A stretch of 64,000 nt of DNA from the human T2T-CHM13v2.0 reference genome, Homo sapiens, in NCBI RefSeq assembly GCF_009914755.1, contig NC_060930.1, one strand, 5' to 3'. The notes below the pieces were generated by a model, which was not told the origin of the DNA, searched no databases, and saw nothing but the letters and a program-made list of their open reading frames with translations. Position numbers and translations under genes: made by a program. Shown here piece after piece: positions 47,765-63,639 of the stretch. Numbering within the stretch: the stretch's first letter is position 1; every line of letters begins with the position of its first letter.

Positions 47765-49262
47765 CAGTGACACAATCTTGATCTAGTGTTTCATTCACTT
47801 AATTCAAGACAAAGGAGGCCTTTGCTGGAAAATGCATCTTTTCTGCTTTTACCCTACATAGTTCACAGACACTCTCTGCAGTTACTAAACGGGGTGGCCT
47901 GAGTAATCCTGATCTTTAAGCAAGGATCTTTTCTAAACTCTGAGTGGTATGGGTAAGAAAAAGAAAAGAAATATCTCGGTCTTCTGCAGTGAAATTGATT
48001 TTTCTAATGCTCCTGGAAATACTGTTTTAGAGTAGAAAAATAAGTGGAGCCAGGCACTAGAATCATAGGAAAATACTTTTTCCAAATTGAGAAGGGAACA
48101 TACGTACATACATAAATTTGGTAACCAAAATGCATTTTTTCTTTTTTCTTTTAATCTACCATTTGAAATCTAAAATACTGTGATAAAAACTGTCAAAAGT
48201 GAAAATTTGTTTATGAAAGGTATATTGTTTAATACATCCTCTACTATAGAGTGATCAGAAGCAAAAGAAGTAAATTAATGAAACATCAAGACCCCACTCA
48301 TCTCAGCACTAAGTCTGTCAGCACCACCATCCTTCCTAAAGGAAATAAATTAAACTTGATTCCTTAAGGTACTACAGGAACCAGAGACAAAAGTGGAAAG
48401 AACAAATTAAGGTTGGAGAGAAATTTTCAGTTTAAAGTTTATAGATATGAAGAAAATTCTTATTTTACCCATTAAGAACAAATACAGAAGTGAAATTTTC
48501 TTACTGGTAGTCAGTGGTCAGATATAGCTACATTTTCCCCTTAAGTCATACCACCCAACTCTAGCTTCCAAAAAATGTTGAAAACTATCATTCAGCATAT
48601 TCTGAGACATTCTAGTGTCTTCATAGTGGTATACCTGTTGTAACACTGGCAACTTTTATAGGTATGGAGGACAAAGCATTCCAACAAATTTTCATGGTGG
48701 AGAGAAAAAGGCCTACTTTCTTATTTTGTTACAGAAGCCAGAAACTCTTAAAAAAAACTAACATTGCTGCCAAATACAATTTCCACACAACTCCATCTGT
48801 GGTATTGACTTAGCTGGTAAACTTTTTATTATTTAAAGAAAAAAAATTACATATATAAAATGATAAATATTTTTAATGATACTTTAATATGGTTTTTCCT
48901 CAGTTATGTTTAAAGTCCTACCATAGTGTTAAGCAGTAGCCTTGACTTTGAACCTAAAATAGAAATACAAGTAAGAAAAATTATGAGTTGAAAATTAGCT
49001 TCTTGGACTTTGTGTTTCTCATTCCTTACCATTTTTCACTAGTACATCTATCCAAATCACAACACGTTTCTTTTTAATGAGATTTAATAAAAAATGTTTA
49101 TTGTGGCACAAATTCAATGAGCAAGATACTCTTCAAAAGGAAATATAATTTTATTTAGTTCAGATTCTAAAACTTGTACTTTGTTTAACTTTATGTATCT
49201 TTTCATTGGAAATACCTTTTTGTTATTCTTTGTTGACATTGAAATCACTTTATTAAATAAAA

Positions 49263-49394
49263 GCCTACTGCAGTAGCACATGCCTGTAGTTCGAGCTACC
49301 CGGGAGTCTGAGGCAGGAAGACTGCTTGAGTGCAGGAGTTCAAGACCAGCCAGGGCAATGTAGCAAGACTTTGTCTCTAAAATAACAATAATAA
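49263..49394 (+). mobile_element. FLAM-like Alu monomer
   Basis: Single left-arm-like monomer. Confidence 0.8.
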
Positions 49395-50149
49395 ACTCAG
49401 CAATTAAGATTAGTTGACATTGGACCACTTACAGAATATTTTTTTCAAATTAGCCCTACTACTTGTAGGTTCCTCCCAGTCTTAAGACTAAATACCTTTT
49501 TAATTTGGGGTAAATGTCAGAATTGGAAGAGACTTTAAAGGGCATGAAGAATTCTACTCCAAAGGTTATCCAGTCCACGTACCCATCCAGCCTATCAAGT
49601 GTAAATCCTTTCTGTACTTTAAATTCTTATGAGACACAAACTGCCTCCTAAGGTAGCATATTCTGGTTTTGGAGAGCTCTACCTACTAGCTGGTTATTTC
49701 TTACATTAAATTAATACCTTTAAAAAGTATTATGAAAATAACACACTCAGTAAAAGAAATTTTAAAAAACAAATGCAATAAAAATGTGTTTCTTTTCAAC
49801 CTTTGACTTGTCACTTCCTCCAGCTTTTCCCTTATTTAACTGTGAGAGGTATTCTCTATTAGCAGTTACTTATCCCCTTCCCATTAGATTCACTCAATCC
49901 CCTTCCCATTATATTCCCCTTCCCATTATATTCATTCCCTTTATATTCACATACACATACGTGTGTGTATATATGTGTATACACACACTGTTCTTAAAGC
50001 AGGAACACACTATACACATGGGTCTGTGAACACGCGGGATTATATAATATGCACATACTCTACAATATGTCTGACATTCACTAAATGAGAACAGTACACT
50101 TTCTTAAATATATTAAGTTACGTAAATCTATTATTCTTTAAAATTTTTT

Positions 50150-51550
50150 AATGTTTAGTCATTATTTTAACAGCTTTATTGAGATATAGTTAATATACAT
50201 GCAGTTGACTTATAGTATACATCAGTTTTTAGTTTATTCACTGATATGTGCAGCCATCACCCAGCCAGTAGAACACTTTCATCTCCTCTACAGGAAACCT
50301 CATATCCTGTAAGCTATCACCTCCCTATCCCATTACCCCCACCCTCACTCAGCACTAGGCAACCACTAATCTACTTTCTTTCTCGATAAATTTACATATT
50401 CTGGACACGTGATATAAAATGGAATCTGATCTTTCATGACTCATCTATGGTATAGCAGCAACATGTTCTTTCCTTTTTATGGCCAAATATGCCATTATAT
50501 AAATACACTGCATTTCATTTATTCATTCATCAGTTAATAGACATTTTGTTTTTTTCCACCTTTTCAGCAGTGGAATTGTTGCCATACTGTTTTCCAAAGT
50601 GATTTGTATTCTCACCAGCTGTGTGTGAGGGTTTTCATTTCTCCCCATTTTCAACAACGCTTTTATCTGACTTTGTGTTACTTGCCATCCTAGTGGCTGC
50701 AAAGTATTTAATTGTGATTTTGATTTGCATTTCCCTATTGGCTAATGATGTCAAGCATCATTTCATGTGCTTACTGGCCATTTGCATATTTTCTTTGGAG
50801 AAATGCCTATTCATATCCTTTGCCTACTTTTAAATTAGGTTATTCATCTTTATTGTTAAGTTGTATGAGTTCTCTGTATATTCTAGAAATAAGTCCCTTC
50901 CATGATTTGCAATTTTCTCCCATTCTGTGTATTGTCTTTCACTTTCTTGATGGTGTCCTTTAAGCACAAGTTTTTTATTTGGCTGAAGTCCAAACTCTAT
51001 GTATTTTTTCTTTTATTGCTCTTGCGTTTGGTGTCCTAAGAAACAGTTTCTAACTCTGAGGTGAGGTCATAAAGATTTACCCCTATTTTTTCCTCCTAAG
51101 AGTTATATAATATTAGTTCTTATATTCTAGTCTTTGATCTTTCATCCATTCTGATGCAATTTCTATATCATGGCATGAAGTAAGAATCCAACTTCATTCT
51201 TTTGCATGTGGCTATCCAAGTATCCCAGCACCATTTGTTGAAAAGACTTTTTCTCCTCATTGAGTGATTTTGGCACCCCTGTAAAAAACCAGTTGACCAT
51301 AAATGCGTGGGTTCATTTCTGGACTCTCAATTCTTTTCCATTGTTCTATATGTTCTTTATGCCAATACCATATGGTCTTAATTACTGTAATTATTTTATT
51401 ATTAAATTGGGACATGTGAGTTCTCCTGCTTGGTTCTTTTTCAAGATAGGCTTGGCTATTTAGAGTCTCTTGAAATTCTAAGTAAATTTTAGAATCAGTT
51501 TGTCAATTTCTACATAGAAGTCAACTGGAATTCTGATAGGAATTGCATTA
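50150..51550 (-). mobile_element. L1MB-like 3' fragment (ORF2 end plus 3'UTR)
   Basis: acagctttattgagatata 3' end; ttgatttgcatttcccta..gctaatgatg; cccagcaccatttgttgaaaagact. Confidence 0.85.
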
Positions 51551-51956
51551 AAATATTTTCCTACATACTTGCTTTTTTAAAAAACTGAAAACAGAACTAA
51601 AGGGTATATAATGAAAAATTCCCCTCACTAGAGATAACTAGTTTCTCAAACAGTTCATTTTGTATTCTTCTAGGATTATGTCTCTTTTTTTTGTCTTTAT
51701 CTCTTTGAGAGAATTCCATGTCAGCAGGATCTGCTTTTTAAGAAATGGCTGCATAGTATTGTGTACCATAATATCTAACCAGTCCATTCTTGATAGACCT
51801 TAAGTAGTTGCTAATCTTGTTTTTATGAACAGTGCTGCAATAAAAATCCTTGTGTACACATAATTGTACCCATGTCCAAGTATCTTGGCAGACTGTGAGA
51901 TTACTAGGAGTGAAACTGCTGTGTCCAAGGATATATGTGTTTTTAATTTTGATAGA

Positions 51957-52312
51957 TGTATCATTTAGGCTTGGTTATGTTGCAGTAACAAACCATGTCT
52001 TAAAAACAACTAAGATTTATTTCTAGCTCACATTTCCTGTCCCATATAGATTAGCTGGTGGCCTCTGTTCTCCATCACCCTCACCAAGGGACCCAGGTTA
52101 AGGGAAGCTCCATCTCTGTGCTTCCATGACCAAGGAAACATAGTGGGTGAGCAGTGGCTCCTTAAGCCTCTGCCTCAACGCATGTTACTCTGTAGCTAAA
52201 ACAAAGCACACAGCCACACCTAATTCAGCAGGAACAGGGAGGCACAGTTCTACCACATACCTGGGAGACAGAGAGCCAGAAGAATGTGGGGAAGGACACT
52301 AATGACTGCCAA
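51957..52312 (-). mobile_element. MLT1-type (J/K-like) LTR relic
   Basis: ggttatgttgcagtaacaaac..ttaaaaacaactaagatttatttct motif. Confidence 0.6.
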
Positions 52313-52691
52313 TAAATGTTGCCAATTTCAATTTTGAGGCTCTCTCTAAAGAGATTTTACCAGTTTATGCTCCCATACTTACAAATGGGTAACATTTTTG
52401 GTAACATTTATAAGAATATTCTTTCCTCCTTCCTTTCCCCACTCATCATATTTTGTAGGTGGTTGAAAAAAGTATTATCTAGTCAGTTTAATAGGTAAAA
52501 ATATATTGTTGCTTTAGGTTATTTAAATTTTCATCTTTTTCTTGGGAGCTTAATTTGCATATTTAAATACGATTGAGGTTGAACATCTTTTCATGTGTTC
52601 TTTTTCCAGCCATTTGTATTTCTCACCTTATGAACTTGCCTATTTCTGTAAAATGCCTATTCTTTCTACTTTGTTACTACCTTTTAGTTAG

Positions 52692-53133
<442 letters not shown>

Positions 53134-53243
53134 CCAGAAATCTTACCGTTATTTTCTCTTTAGTATTACCTTGAAACCATATTGAACTGGTCTCATGGCA
53201 TCCCTTCAAAACTTGAACATATCCTCTTTTAAATTGTAAACCT

Positions 53244-53543
<300 letters not shown>

Positions 53544-55440
53544 GGTATAAACCTTTCTAAGCCATAATCACTCCCACGTCGCATAATGATTCATCCAAGT
53601 TATATTGTTTTGAGGCTCTTTTGGTGCATCTAGGCCTGTTTTCATTCTGTCTAAAATAAAAGTTTTAGATTATATCTTAATGCTGTAAGATTACATGCAG
53701 AATCTTAATTATGTAAAATAAAGGCCAGCAAATTATTATCTAGCAAGAGGTCTCACCAGTTATGCTAAAATGACTAAAATTCATCTCTTAGTAGGTTCTT
53801 AAAAATAATTACAGAGATTAAGCATCATTCCTCATACTTTTATTTTACATCTATTGCCCAAATTATGGGCCCAATTGCAGCACTGTTACAAGATCTGATT
53901 TCAAATTGCCTTTAAAAATGACAAAATAGTTTAAAAGTTTGCTTTAAAGTTATAATTGCCATCTTTGAATCTTTTATGACTCAGTCACCAAATAAGTGAC
54001 TATGGTAATACAGTGATATATAAAACAGATGTGATTCCTGTTGTCAACAAAGTTACAGCCTAGAAAAATCTTGATTTATTTTAGAAGCTGACATTGTACT
54101 TTCCTAGGTACAATGACTTAAGTATGACTTAGGCTTGTTCCTGATTTAGACATGTAAAATTGTCATTACAGACAAAAAACAAAAAGATACCAGAAGTAAG
54201 TACCTATTAGGTTTTTCAATAGCAAAATTTTTCCTTTTTCATTTAAAGAAGCCTAAAATCTTTGTATCTACAAGTCCCTAGTATATTTTCCAATGACATA
54301 TGTCTTTTCTCAGTAAGCAAATTCTCGTGTTTTTGTTTTTAAACTTCTGGAGAAATTTGACATTATTTACAGTAAAAAAATAACTAAAATTAATAAAACT
54401 AACACCATCTGGAACTTCAAGAGTGTTTTTTAAATTTCAAATAAAATTGAGTAACGAAGAAATTTTCTCCATTGTTCGTGAGCTAACAAAAGTTGGGTAA
54501 GTACTGAGCTTTCTGTATAAACCATTTAGAATGCTTATAGCAGTGGTTTAAGAGCCCTGGTGCTTGAATTCACTTAGTACTCACTTATTTTTAACAACAA
54601 CTACGAGAGAGTTGCATGCTTAAATTACCTTTATCCATTAAAATTTAACTTTGAAAGAGGATTTAAAAGATACTGAATATTTTTTTCTTTACCTGTAATT
54701 CCTTCATCATCTGTTCACTGCAAAGCCCAGTCATTTATCTGTTTTCCTTGGAATTTTTAATTTTTGTTGTTGTTGTTCTCTGCCTTTATCATATCCTTTC
54801 AGCATCTCCAAGATACCATCTGTTCATTTTTCCTGGAGTCTTCTCTTCCCTGTTATAAATTACAGTCGCCATTCTTGGATCTTATATTATCTTCCTTCTT
54901 GGTTTATGCCTTCAATTTGCTAGAACATGTCTTTAAGTATTTTCCTAATGAGACTTGGGAGGTAAATTCTCTTAAGTCCTTAAATATCTGGAAATCCCCT
55001 CATATTTTTAGCTGGACATAGAATTCTTGGTTGAATATCATTTCTCCACAGAAAAATGTAGTGATTTCCTTATCACTGAGGAAATCTGGTGTCAATATGA
55101 TTATTGTACCTTTGTATGTAATCTACTTTTTTTTCTTTCTGGAAATTTTTAAGATCTTTCTTTGTCTTTAGTAGTCTGAAATTTTACAATGGTGTAGGGG
55201 TTTTTTTTAATCATCCTGTCCCACATTTAGTGGACTCCTCCATTTTAGAGGCTAGTGTCTCCCTTCAGCCCTGGGAAATTCTTTTCTGATCCCCACTATG
55301 GTTTCTCCATTGTCTCCTTCTAGACCTCCTCTTGTTTAGCTATTTAATATCCTGAACGAGCTTTCTATCTATTTCTCGTTACATCTTCAGTATATTTCAC
55401 GTCTTTGTCTTTCTTGGGGGTATCAGGGACAGGGGCAGGG

Positions 55441-55717
55441 GCAGGGTGTCACGGTTGCCCAGGCTGTAGAGTACAGTGGTGCTATCTCAGCTGACTGTAG
55501 CCTCGACCTCCCAGGCTCAAATGATCCTCCCACCTCAGCATCTGGAGTAGCTGAGACTACAGGCGCGCGCCACCATGCCTGGCTAATTTTTTAATTTTTT
55601 TGTAGAAACAGCATCTCCGTTTGTTGCCCAGGCTGGTGAAACTCCTGGGCTCAAATGACTCTCCCTCCTAGGCCTCCGAAAGTGCTGGGATTACAGGCAT
55701 GAGCCATCATACCCGGC
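55441..55717 (-). mobile_element. AluJ
   Basis: Antisense dimer; tail position occupied by G-tracts. Confidence 0.9.
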
Positions 55718-56000
55718 CCCTCCTTGTCTTTCCATTCTACATTTTAGGAGATTTCCTTAAATTTTTTTCCGACTCACATATGAAATTTTCATTTTGGCAG
55801 TGATGTTTTTAATTTCCAAGAGCTAGTTCTCTGATTCCTTTTCGAGGAAGGTTGTTGTTTTATGGGTACAATAGTGTCTTAAAATCTCTTAATGATATTA
55901 ATCAGAATTTAAGTTCTCGTCTCTCTGCTATGTTGTCTTCACTTAATCTGGATTTAGTTTTTTTCTTTGTTTATGCAGACCTTTCACATTCATATCAGAT

Positions 56001-56271
56001 TTTATTTTTTTTTGGCAGGGGGCGGGGGGGCGGGGGTGGACAGAGTCTCACTTTGTCGCCCAGACTGGAGTGCAGTGACACAATATCAGTTCACTGCTAC
56101 ATCCACCTCCCAGGTTCAAACAGTTCTCCTGCCTCAGCCTTCTGAGTAGCTGAGATTACAGGCACGCGCCACTACCACCTGGCTGATTTTTGTATTTTTA
56201 GTAGAGATAGAGTTTCACCATGTGGGCCAGGCTGGTCTTGAACTCCTGACCTCAAATGATCCACCTGCCTT
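56001..56271 (-). mobile_element. 5'-truncated AluS
   Basis: TSD ttcatatcagatttt; G-rich insert within the tail. Confidence 0.92.
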
Positions 56272-57719
56272 CATATCAGATTTTCTTCAACTATGAGGTG
56301 ATCCTTAAACCTACAGCTACCTTCCCTTTAGGATGGAGAGAAGTTGACTGTTCGATATACAGATAGCTACTTAAGCCTCTGTGTTCTGGCCCTTTCCTAA
56401 CTCCTGCCTTCTGTTGTTACCTGCATTTTCCAAAGTCAAGGTTTCTGCAGGGCAGATGAGTTGCCATTTTGTCTACAGCACCCTCCTTGTCCATGAGACT
56501 TCAGCTTTCTCCACTCCTTCATTCAGCTGTCATTTCATCTGCTTCTAGCCTTCCAGAAACTTGTTGACTTCTGTTGTGAGTTAATTGCCTTCTTTTTCTT
56601 AATTATTGGTGGATTGTACCTTTTTCATTCATACCTCATTTTTATGGGGTTTCAGGAGACAGAAGATTTTTTCATTTAGTGGAGGCTAATTAGAGCAAAA
56701 GTGTCTCTGCTGTTTAATGATCTACTAACATTGTTTCATAATGAGTCTAATCACATTGTTTCATAATGGACAAATATTGGGTGTTATTTTGTAAACTCAA
56801 GGTTAAACTTGCAGACAAAACTCACAGCTAGAGAAGAGTTTCGACTTTAGCTGAATTTTTACAGCGATTTTTAGAAATTCACTTTGACCCCTTTTTTCCC
56901 TGTAGTTCATCTTTCTCAGATTCCTATCTAAAAATCTCAAACCACAAATGAAAAGTGAACTAAACACATAAAAATTCAGCCACTTAGAAGAAAAAATTGC
57001 TAAGAAATAGAGAACCACTTTCCTAGTATATTCATAGCATTTTTAGTTTGTTTATAACAGCCACACCTAGACAAGTCAACCAACTAGGTATGTCATTTCT
57101 AAGTAATATAGTCATTATAACTCTAAAATTTTGTTTAAAGTGGAAAGAAATGCCTCATAAATAAGTTGTAAGTAATTGTAAATGGATTTGCAATATTTTA
57201 CTTTAGAGCTTCAGACTAATCATAAGAGATACTTTGCCTTTATTCTCAGAGGTAAGCCACATCTTCAGCCATTGCAAAACCCCTTTGTGAATTTCTAAGG
57301 ATGCAATACTTATTCAGAAATATTCTGAAGAATTCACTCTTTAACCTCAAAACACCTCACAACCATATGTGTAGCAACTGTGGCTCTTTCAAGTCTCCTA
57401 AATCATCATTGAATCAGATTTCTGCCTGCTGTTAAAGTCTGTCTCCTACTAATATTGGCCTTCTGTGTATCTCTCAAACTCTATGATTTACTTGCTTGTT
57501 TTGATAGAAACATTAGGAATATGGGATTGGGGATTGCTGGTGGAGCTGTGACTGGGAGAATGCTCAACCTTATCCTGGAATGTATACTTTATGATATATT
57601 TGTTGGAAAATAAATTAGATTATTTTTATGATTTTCCATGCAGAGTTGCATACTAGCATTTTTTCCTTTTATCATTAAGTAAAGAACATCTTTATCTCAT
57701 ATGTTTTGCCCTAAAGTCA

Positions 57720-58440
57720 GATTTTTTTCTGAAATAATTATATGAAATTTCTCTAGCTGCCCTCAAGATTTTCTTTCTTTGGTTTTCAGCACTTTGACTG
57801 TGATGTGTCTAGGTGTTTTGTTTTAGCATTATTTGGTGATCTATGGGCTTCTTAGATCTGTGATTTGTTGTATTTCATTAATGTTGGAAAATTTTTGGTC
57901 TTTATCACCTCAGATATTTCTCCTGCCTTTTTCTCTCCTCTTTTGCCAGTTACACATAGACTGATACTGTTCTGCAACTCTTAAGTTTTTTTTGTTCTTT
58001 TTTTCACTTGTTTCTTGGTGTGTTCAGTTTGGGTAATTTCTGTTGTCAAGTTCACTGATTCTTCTGTGTCCAGTGTGTTAAGTCTGTCCAAGGAATTCTT
58101 TATCTCTGATAAGAATTTTTTATTTCTAGCCATATTTTTTATTTCTAGCATTTGACCCTTTCATGATTTCCACCTCTCTCCTCAAATTGTGAATCTTTTT
58201 TTTGCATGCTGTCCACCTTTTAAACTAGATCCTTTAACATATTAATCATAGTTACATCTTTAAGTTTTCTGTCAGGTAATTCCAGCTGCATCATCTTTGA
58301 GTATAGTTCTGTTGATCACTTTATCTCTTGATGATGAATTACATTTTTCTCCTGCTTGTATGTCTCATAATTTTTTATTGAATGCCACACACTATGTGTA
58401 AAGGAACAGAGGAGACTAAAGTAAATGGTATTTGCACCCA
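57720..58440 (-). mobile_element. Ancient L1M ORF1 relic
   Basis: tttgactgtgatgtgtctaggtgt, tcaagttcactgattctt motifs, shared with the 29.3-30 kb relic. Confidence 0.65.
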
Positions 58441-58691
58441 GAAATGAGGACATCTCTTTTTCTTTCAGGTTATTATTATGAGGCATTGCATCAATTTAGT
58501 CAGGAGTGGAGCTGGGTTTGGGTTTTGTTGTTGCCTTCAGTGCACCACAGTCTTCAGATACTTCCAGCAATTGACTGCTATTACTTTATGCTTCTTAGAG
58601 TAGTGCCTGAAGTGCAAGATATTTATTTTGAGTCCTTTTATTTTGAACCTGTCTGTGCTATGATAGATCCCCATTTTATTCAGAGTCCTTA

Positions 58692-58918
58692 ATATGGTCA
58701 GCAAGGCTCTACGTGATCTGGTAGAGGGCCAGATAGTAATCATTTAGGATTTTGTAGGCCACATAATCTCTGTCACAACTATTTAATTCTGCTGTTGTAA
58801 AATGGAAACAGCCATAGACAACAAGTAAACAAATGAGCAAGGCTGTATCCAATAAAACTTTAATGACGAAACAGGCAGTGGGCTAGATTTGGCCCATGGG
58901 CCATAGTTTGCCTACCTG
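58692..58918. mobile_element. MER58A-like hAT-Charlie element
   Basis: agggccagatagtaa...ccaataaaacttta...gatttggcccatgggccatagtttgcc. Confidence 0.85.
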
Positions 58919-59751
58919 TTTACCCTTTGTTTAGAGTCTTTCTCTTGCCCTACTCCCTGGCCCCAATCTCTGCTACCGTGGTAACGTGAGCTCCGCAAGG
59001 GCAAGGATTTTTTCCTATTTTGTTCATGGACTTCCAAAATGCCTACAACAACATCTGACACATAGACCCTCAACTTATTAAAATAATAGATAAGTTAATT
59101 ATGTTTTGAGTGTTTTTTATAAGCAGCATATAGCTGAGGTTTTACAATTCAGTCTACTGATCTCATCTCAACAGATATGTTTAATTAGGTTGCATTCATT
59201 GTGATTTCTAGTATATTTGGAATTATCCCTGTCTGGTTTTTGTTTTGTATTTCTTTCCTTTATCCCCTCCTTTCCTGCTATCTAGGTTTAATTAAATTTC
59301 CCTCATTTCTCCTTAGGTTCTGTCTTTGAATTTAGAAACTGCACATTCTGTTTTAACTTCCTTTAGCACAGATCCCTAAATACTGAACATGTATATTTGG
59401 CTTAGCAACATTTAACTGTATTCTTCTTAAATACCTTCAAGACCTTAGAATACTTCACCTCTGATTTTTGCACTTCCAGTGTATTGTTATTCTTTTCCAA
59501 TGTTTTATTTTCACTTTGTTTTAGACAATGTCTGCTGCTCCCCTGCCCTGCCATAGTCTTTTCCTTTGTTTTATTGTCAGAGCTTTTTTTTTTTAGATTT
59601 ACTCATCTTATTCCATTCTTTTGTGTTTAATTTCCTTCTTATCAGAACATATATTGAGTAGTTATTTCAGCAGCTATCTGTGATTGTTGAATTTCCCCAG
59701 ACTTTGTTGGAAATACCTTTATTCATTTGTATTCTTGTATAATTTAATTAG

Positions 59752-60220
<469 letters not shown>

Positions 60221-61037
60221 TGAGACCTTTCAGAACTCTTCTTTCATTTTTTCTGTCACATTATCTGTGCATTCTGGGTAACATTCTTACATCTATCTGA
60301 CAGGTCACCAACTGTCTTTGTATGTAATCTACTGTAATCTGTTTGGCTTTTTCATTTCAGTGACTTTTATTTCTAGAGGTTGTTTAAAGTTCTTTTCCAA
60401 ATCTGCTTTATTTTTCTCAAGATAGAATCATCCCATGTTGTTTCTTTATAAAAAGTAGATTCAAGTATCTTCACTTCCAGTCCAGTATCCTAAAGGATGA
60501 GATTCATGTCCAGGGACAGATCACAAAAACATATACCAGTATTTGTAGTTTATTATGGTTTCCCAAGTAGTTCATGCTGCAGGATTGATTGCTTATTTTG
60601 TTTCTTTAAAGATCTTGGAAGATATTTTCACAAAATATAATCTGAATATACAAAAATATAAGTGGCAATTGGGATAATTTAATGTTAACATTTATGTGGA
60701 GTGAAATCAATCTGCCTGTTTTATTTGTTGCATACATCAAAATGGATTCTACATTCCCTTCTAAAATATCTATAACATTTTCATATTAGAATGCTTCATT
60801 CATAGACCAAACATGACAAACTCTGAAGTAAGAGAGCTTGTCCTTTCCGAGGGTAGATGTGAATTAGATACAGTAGTAAGTAGGTTAACTGAAAAGACGA
60901 AAACCTTTAGAGAAGCTGTAGCCTAAAAATGCTGTCTTCATTCATAAAGTGAATTTCTCCAAATCCTAGAAAACATTTAAAAAGTGGCATTTGTTTAAAT
61001 GACTAAAACAATTTTTCAGTTAAAATGTTTGGAATTT

Positions 61038-61334
<297 letters not shown>

Positions 61335-61435
61335 TTGAAATTTTAAATGCCTAAACTTACAATATTTTGTTTTAATGTAGCTTTGGGATTTTTGACAAAT
61401 TCTTGTTTGCTTTTCCAAGTCTGCTTAAAGGTTAA

Positions 61436-61675
<240 letters not shown>

Positions 61676-61801
61676 TGAACATGAGAGTAGGCCATCTAAC
61701 ATAAGTGTAATATCTCTATCTAGTTTTCTTCAGATGTTCTTAACTCTTGTTTTTCTGTCCTTACTTTCTTGTGCCAAACTCCATTCTTTATTAACTAATG
61801 A

Positions 61802-61963
<162 letters not shown>

Positions 61964-62956
61964 TGAAATTCATCGTATTTAATTCACCAGCAGTTTTTCT
62001 GTGGCTAAAAACAGACTTATCAATCATAATCTTACTGTCTCAGAACATGTGGCTTTGGAGCCAGACAGACTTTTAAGAATATATTTAAAAAGTCACCCCC
62101 ATCTCAATGGCACTATCTTAACTGATAAAATATAGAAGATAATAAAAATAAGGTTTATACATTCTTTAGACAATGATAGTTTCTTATACTTGAGCTATTA
62201 ATGACAAGCAATGTTTTCTTATAGTAAATAATGTTTACAATTTAATTCAGTTCCATAGAGAACTAAAAGGAAATGTTATCACTTAAACCTAATTCTGAAG
62301 TTGGATAAATAATAAAAAGATATAAAATGGAAAAGACAGGAAGGGGAAGGAATCTAACCAAAAGAGAAGTCTTTAATCACACTTGGGACTGTGTTCTAGA
62401 ATCTGTTCAACTGGAAGATGATTATTTTTATTTTTATTCTTTTTAAATGTTGATTAAGCTATTTATCTTTAAACATTCATAGAAAAATACCATAATTTAA
62501 CTCTAAAAAGTTGGTGCTGTTCTAGAAACTACAATCCTTGAACTTACTCTTTTTGTGTAAAATTTTAACCATTCTATTACATAGTGCAAGGTTTTTATAT
62601 TTACTTGAGGTAAAGCTGTTTAGTTACTTAAGTCCATGTTTGATCGTTTAAAATTACATTTTAAATTGTGAAATTTTAAGTTATTTTAACTTGCCACATA
62701 GAACAGGGTTCTACTTCTACTTCTATTAATGTCTTACCAGCATTAATTTGACTTCTTTCACAGTTTACCACTTACCCGTGTTTATGAGTACTACATTATA
62801 CCTAAGATAATATATTTGAAATATGTTTTGAAATCTTACATATAATTCGAGGTTAGAGGGGCAAAATAAATGAAAAGCATTTCTTATAGCGTGTTTATTT
62901 TTAGAAAGAAATACTTGTTTTAAAAAGTAAAGTTGTTTTTGAGCTATAAGCATTGA

Positions 62957-63064
<108 letters not shown>

Positions 63065-63639
63065 TAGTGTATCCATTAAATGTGAAAACTGTTACTTTTG
63101 AAAAGCAAAATTTTAGAAAATTTTTCCTGTTCAGCAACCTTCCTCTCTAGAATTGCTTCAAACTTTGGCATTCTTAAATGAATTCATTAAGAAGATGTTT
63201 GCTTATTTTCATTTACATGCTTGGGGTTGGGAAGGATGCAAAGATGTAATATTCTTAGCTTTTTAAAAGTAATATGCACGAGCTTAGGAAACACTATGTA
63301 CTCCCAACCAATAATAGCAAGTCTTGGTTAAAAAACAATTACTAAGTACAAAAATTTGTATCATTTAAAACTTTAGACAAATGATAAGGAAGATACCTTA
63401 GGGAAGTTCCCCCCCCCATGAATATTTAGTTTAATTTATATATAACTTTAAGTAATCAAAATACCCTAAATTCCAGGTGAATAGTTTTCTACCTTCTATC
63501 ATTTTACATCATTGATATTCTCAGAATATATGCACACCAAACTAAGACATTTCAAAGTATGTCTGTGTGTTTTGATCCAGGCATTAGAATGTGTGTAGAA
63601 ATGGAAACAGGTACATAAATATCACTGCTGAAGGTAAAA

